From Octopus sinensis (lineage: Eukaryota), in contig NC_043006.1 of the NCBI RefSeq assembly GCF_006345805.1, positions 50,964,001 through 51,028,000 on the forward strand: a stretch of 64,000 bases of DNA. Direction: 5' to 3'. The notes under the pieces were generated by a model. It searched no databases. It worked only from the letters and a program-made list of their open reading frames with translations, and was not told where the DNA came from. The number at the start of each line of letters is the position of its first letter. Positions within the stretch are counted from its first letter, which is position 1. Both the position numbers and the translations under genes were made by a program. Shown one piece after another: positions 60,101-64,000 of the stretch.

Positions 60101-63000
60101 GTAAAAAAAAATTAACAAGTGATAATGGATAGTTAAAAATGGGGAGATAGAAGATTCAGTGAAAAAATGTTGGAGTAAAGACCAATGATGAGAAGAGAGG
60201 CAAAAAACATCTGGTATGATGTTTTATACCCTGGACCAAACACCAAGTTAGACTGATACTGCAAAAGCTGAGATCTCTTCAACCATTTCGGCAATCTCTT
60301 GCCCTCCCATACAAGCTCAGTTATCTTGGCTTTATCTTACCACTGGGTACAATAAGAACAAGGTGTCTTTTGTGTGTACAATTCTTTTGTACTCTAAAAC
60401 AATTTAGCATTAGTCTAGCATTTGTCTATGCAACTGCTATGCCACCATCAAATTTGACAGAAAAGTCAGCACTTGCTCTAATACTTCATGTTCTCATTTC
60501 AAATGTCACAAAGGTCAACTTTGCAGTCATCCTTCCAGAATCAATGAAACAGAGCTGGGGATGAGGTAGGGGAGTTAGAGTGTTGGACAAATACTTAGTG
60601 ATGTTTGTTCCAGCTCTAGGTTCAGCTTTGACAACACAGGTGTTAAATTGTATTGCTGGACATACTTGCATGTATGGACAATTGTTCGACTTTCATGAAA
60701 AACATTGTCCAAGTTTATACTATGGAGAGAATCTTCCTAGGTTCCTGATCAATGGAAGTTGTCTTTATATTATGATCTTTTGAATTTTTAAGGCAATGAG
60801 AAAGCACAGACAGGAAAGCCATATAGTAAAATGTTTTACAGTAGTGGGTATTCTGATTCATCAAAATCTGCCTGGGTTGACAATGCTTTTATTCATTGTT
60901 TTGGCTTATTTCTATGGATGTTGAAGGAATGAATAGAGAAAGTAGCAAACATACTGGGGTTCGTTTATATTCACTACACTCACCTCTAATGTTGTAGTCA
61001 CGTGTTAATTATACACACAAAATTGAAACATGGCACCTTAATGTAGGCCAAGAAAACTGAGACAGGTAGAGTAGGGTACACTGTACCTTGAGAACACAAC
61101 TACAGAAAGGGTCTAGATCAGTTATGGGCAAACTGCAGCCTACAGAACATTCTGAAGCACACATCTTGAAATGCCACCCACCTAAAGATGAACCACATCT
61201 CATGTGAACTGCTTGTTGAAAAAGGTTGCCCATGTCTGGTATAGACTACCAACTTTATCTCATAAAACTAAACTGAGTCAGCCAAATAAACCACAAACAG
61301 ACACACCCTTCATACTCACAAAATCAAAACAAAAGAAAAAGGCTTAAACTTTTCTTGAAATAACTTTTTAGTAATAAAGTTACTTTCTGGTACATAAAAG
61401 GCATTTCAATAAAATTATGATGGGAGAATTAAATTTAAATATTAAATATCAAAATGGTTTTAGGTGGATTGAGTGTATAAAAGATTTAAGGAATGCATTA
61501 AATTTACCTCATCAATCACAGCTCCATCAGGTTCTTCCTGGATATCTGGGTAACAGACAAAATATTAAAATTTAGCAAAGATACAAGTGTTCATGAGAAA
61601 TCTGCATTGAATCTAGGAACAAACCCAGAAAATGTCCCCCAAAGGGAGCATACCAATCTTGTCTTCTGAACAGCATTGCATATATCAAGACAAATTTATC
61701 ACACTCCACCCCATTTAACATAAATAGCATGAAACTAGAATCTTCATAATTACTTCAAGTTCTAGGTCTCATTATCACCAAGGATCTCTCCTGGTGAATG
61801 CCCATCCTAAACACATGAACAACAGGGCTTCCTCTTCCAAACAGGGAAATACTTCTTACTCTGCAGCAAATCTCAGATAAGATCCACAATGGAAAACTAC
61901 ATCCATATCTGGGAAAATGCTGCTGCTACACACAGACATGCAAGACCACATCCATAAAATAGGCCACTCAACTGATTAGCATAAAGTCACTCATAGACAC
62001 ACCCAAATCTCTAGACCATAAACAAGCTGTCTCTTCTCTTTGCTTTTACTATTGTTATCATCATAGTCTCTGCTCAGCAGAGCTGGCTGGTCTAATGACA
62101 CCTCCACTTAGGCACTCTCTACACATTTGTCTCTCCTGCCCTCATCACTCAAATTGCATTCACCACACCCAACACACTAACTAGCCAAGGTGCTAGCAGA
62201 GCAGCAGAAATAACTCTGCGTGGAAATCGCCCAGGACATGATGGACTGTGCAAACCGAAGACCATCACTGGTGATGAGACATGAATTTATGGTCTCTGCT
62301 CGATGCTTTTGGTCATTGATCATCTCGAAGGGAAACGAAAATCCAACAAGCATGCACTACATGTCTGTAATTTGGTGTAACATCAATGAACTGATGTGGC
62401 CTACCGGTGCAAAAATTTCCATGCATGCACATGAAGGGTGGTGTCAGTTCCCACCCAAAGAACTCTGCTCACACAGCACTGGTTTTGGTGGGAAAAATAG
62501 TCTGATATTTTTTGAATGCACATCATATACCACACACTGTAAAGTGATAGGGCATCCATCTGTAGAAGCCATGTCTACCAGTCATTGGAACACAATGCAC
62601 TCTCTGTACCCATCAGTTCTTGTCAAACTGTTCAACCTATGCCAGTATGGAACATGGACATTAAAAGATGATCACCATTCTTTCCCAATTAATGGGTTTT
62701 TTTCTAGGTACACAGATTGGACATATCTACTGAACAGCATGTCACAATTTGTCATCTTTCTCATTTGTAAGGACCAGCATCCTAAAATCAAGCTTTACCA
62801 CTTCTCTACCCAAATCTTTGTCAAGTTATATAAATGTACTGAAATCTCATAATAAACATTCTAAATTAATCGAATGGATTAATATACTTTTACCAACCTG
62901 CTTCGGGATTGAGTGCTTTTTCCAGGCGGTTCAAAAGTTCTGCTTTTGAACCTATGGAAGACAAACCACGTTCCTTTAACTCTTTCCGTAATTCTGCAAC
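46227..63000 (-). CDS. SARNP: SAP domain-containing ribonucleoprotein (SARNP/CIP29/Tho1 family), 5'-partial, 9 exons, 280 aa visible
   Basis: complement(join(46227..46268,48456..48629,49589..49660,51362..51443,56899..56969,58114..58273,59975..60075,61508..61545,62898..63000)). GT-AG introns with compatible phases. SAP motif VAELRKELKERGLSSIGSKAELLNRL; five RxxRFG motifs; ends EKKRKRAERFGLL*. First exon not found, probably beyond 64000. Confidence 0.93.
46915..46958 (-). ncRNA. Degenerate minimal hammerhead motif (G12>A)
   Basis: Minus strand ccac-CTGACGA-atgtc-atttgaa-gacat-AAAA-caattg-TA-gtgg. Confidence 0.5.
47812..48410 (-). mobile_element. CR1/L2-type LINE reverse transcriptase fragment
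   Basis: VDFAKTFNSVPHKRLMAKL...PQGYVLGPLLFVAYIND...KYGDNIKL...LQSDLD..W..WQLKLAVDKC (decayed YADD). Confidence 0.85.
48456..48629 (-). CDS. SARNP: SARNP exon
   Basis: gacag|LEDEAKRRKRKERFGQLVSS...SKNSDEVE|gtaaat. Confidence 0.92.
49589..49660 (-). CDS. SARNP: SARNP exon
   Basis: tacag|ADDLDRLKKRAERFGTIVSNTLSR|gtatga. Confidence 0.93.
51362..51443 (-). CDS. SARNP: SARNP exon
   Basis: ttag|RFGLANNNDSSSTLTSTQSGKIAPAPVL|gtaagt. Confidence 0.88.
53440..54316 (-). mobile_element. 5'-truncated RTE-type LINE (ORF C-terminus, 3' UTR, (GAT)n tail)
   Basis: LYDACVQTAMLHGSETW...EASMLCWMCNV...LREKLDI...GHVLHMDEDSCVKK. Confidence 0.8.
54757..55284. mobile_element. MITE or fold-back with ~65-bp imperfect TIRs
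   Basis: cagagtggccagtggcatctatatgaaca...ggtatatcaaata versus tatttgatatacc...tgttcatatacacgtcactggccactctg. Confidence 0.65.
55579..55834. mobile_element. hAT/Charlie-type MITE
   Basis: CTCTAAAG|CAGTGGTTTTCAAC ... GTTGAGAACCAATT|CTCTAGAG. Confidence 0.7.
56899..56969 (-). CDS. SARNP: SARNP exon
   Basis: ttag|KLKQRAERFGISKDTDKKAARAA|gtactg. Confidence 0.93.
57198..57240 (+). ncRNA. Degenerate minimal hammerhead motif
   Basis: gctgca-TTGATAA-gggg-caacaa-ccct-GAAA-catg-TC-tgtagc; all three stems are present, with two core substitutions. Confidence 0.45.
58114..58273 (-). CDS. SARNP: SARNP exon
   Basis: atcag|LETQQEEKSESIPETK...PIKPPLSAEQ|gtgaga. Confidence 0.8.
58345..59010 (-). mobile_element. 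SINE with a second, opposite-strand SINE nested at ~58593-58900
   Basis: The outer family body is interrupted at its TA microsatellite by the atggcccagtggttagg...gtttcgattccc head. Confidence 0.7.
59665..59874. mobile_element. piggyBac-type MITE (21461 family)
   Basis: CCCTTAACATT ... AATGCTTAAGGG|TTAA, with internal similarity to 21461-21681. Confidence 0.65.
59975..60075 (-). CDS. SARNP: SARNP exon
   Basis: tacag|LTGDEEMDNISDSDATEAAETKVVIRETAASMT|gtaagt. Confidence 0.8.
61119..61238. mobile_element. Short hAT-type MITE
   Basis: GTCTAGAT|CAGTTATGGGCAA ... TTGCCCATGTCTG|GTATAGAC. Confidence 0.55.
61508..61545 (-). CDS. SARNP: SARNP exon
   Basis: cccag|DIQEEPDGAVIDE|gtaaat. Confidence 0.75.
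62190..62530 (+). mobile_element. Mariner transposase relic
   Basis: EIAQDMMDCAN followed, across a frameshift, by KTITGDET*IYG (ITGDETW motif). Confidence 0.5.
62898..63000 (-). CDS. SARNP: SARNP exon (SAP domain)
   Basis: cctag|VAELRKELKERGLSSIGSKAELLNRLEKALNPEA|gttggt. Confidence 0.92.
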
Positions 63001-64000
63001 CTAGGAAAAAATAAATGAAAGACCTGAACATAGCTACATAGCAACCCTTTAAGTTTTCTATTATGAATTATCAACTATACACTGAAACCATACAGTATTA
63101 TAATCAACATACAACACATATATCTGAGACTGCTTTCAAGTGAGTTTATAAGGGAGCCAGTATGGGGTCATTTCACTGACTTGAAATAGAGTACAAAATC
63201 TCTTTTAAAAAAAATGGTCAGAGAGAGAGGATATATTGTATAATCTGAGATAAATTATGTCTGAAAAGAAAGGATGGCAACAAATCCATTAATCATACAA
63301 CTCCTTAATCAGAGCTAACCTGAGGCTAAATAACAGTCACATTCAAGAGAGAAGGGCAAAGATCCATTCATCAACACATTACAATCATATTGCTTTTTTT
63401 ATCACTACTACAACAGTTTGCTCACCTGTGATGTAACAAGCTGCTTATCACTTCCACTTAGGCCCCACATAATACATCAGTCTCTGCTAAGCCCCTCCTC
63501 CCAGTCTAAAACCACTACTGTGTTTCAACTCTTAGATCCTGCAATAAACCATTTCCCCTCAAGAACTTAACTTTCATGAATTCCCCTCATTGTCTTTCTT
63601 AGAGATATTGAGCAACAGATTTTTATTGATCTTCCTGGTCTGAGAAAGACTGCAAAAATTACAAGCACAGCCTCTCTCCAGTCACTAAGTTACAGAAGAG
63701 AGTCATTTCTGCAACTATCTTAGGAAGTGCAGTTAATATATGCACCAACATTTATGACTGCATCAAAAAAGTTAGTCAATAAGCTAAAAAAGAACCTACT
63801 ACACAATGCATTTTGTCTAATACAGCTAAAATCACCTCTGCACCTCTTAGCTACCAACATAGCTAAAAATCATAATACACCTGCCTTCCATTCGACTCAT
63901 TCCTATTATATCTCACATTCTGAAAGTATTAACTAAAAACAAATATTAGCATCAGCAAATGAGAAGCTATCACTCATAACAGAGCAATCTAGAGTTTCTT

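Noticed and set aside
62220-62852. 210-aa ORF as a gene
   Set aside because: It is a mosaic of a mariner relic and a repeat tail, antisense within a SARNP intron, with no coherent domain.
63001-64000. SARNP first exon
   Set aside because: No convincing phase-0 ATG exon with a GT donor was found; it is presumed to lie outside the window.

Overview
This is AT-rich, microsatellite- and SINE-dense animal DNA; the repeat families suggest an octopus/coleoid genome (inference). There are two convergent, intron-rich housekeeping genes. PSMC3IP/HOP2 is complete on + (9 coding exons, 18335-38827, 211 aa). SARNP/CIP29 is 5'-incomplete on - (9 exons, 63000-46227). At the left end is a large probable terminal exon (1467-3720) encoding an unrecognised Ala-rich protein of about 50 tandem 13-aa repeats, interrupted by one 1-bp deletion. 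The rest is decayed mobile DNA: mariner, Tc1, a hATm-like transposase, piggyBac-, hAT- and Tc2-type MITEs, non-autonomous Helitrons, CR1/L2 and RTE LINE fragments, and several tRNA-derived SINE families. The most notable hidden layer is a set of type-I hammerhead ribozyme motifs, probably derived from Penelope-like elements or retrozymes, in introns of both genes. One has an intact core and lies in a 490-bp partial tandem unit, sense to HOP2 intron 7. An identical pair sits in the arms of a ~600-bp fold-back in HOP2 intron 2. All calls were made by eye; no database searches were run.
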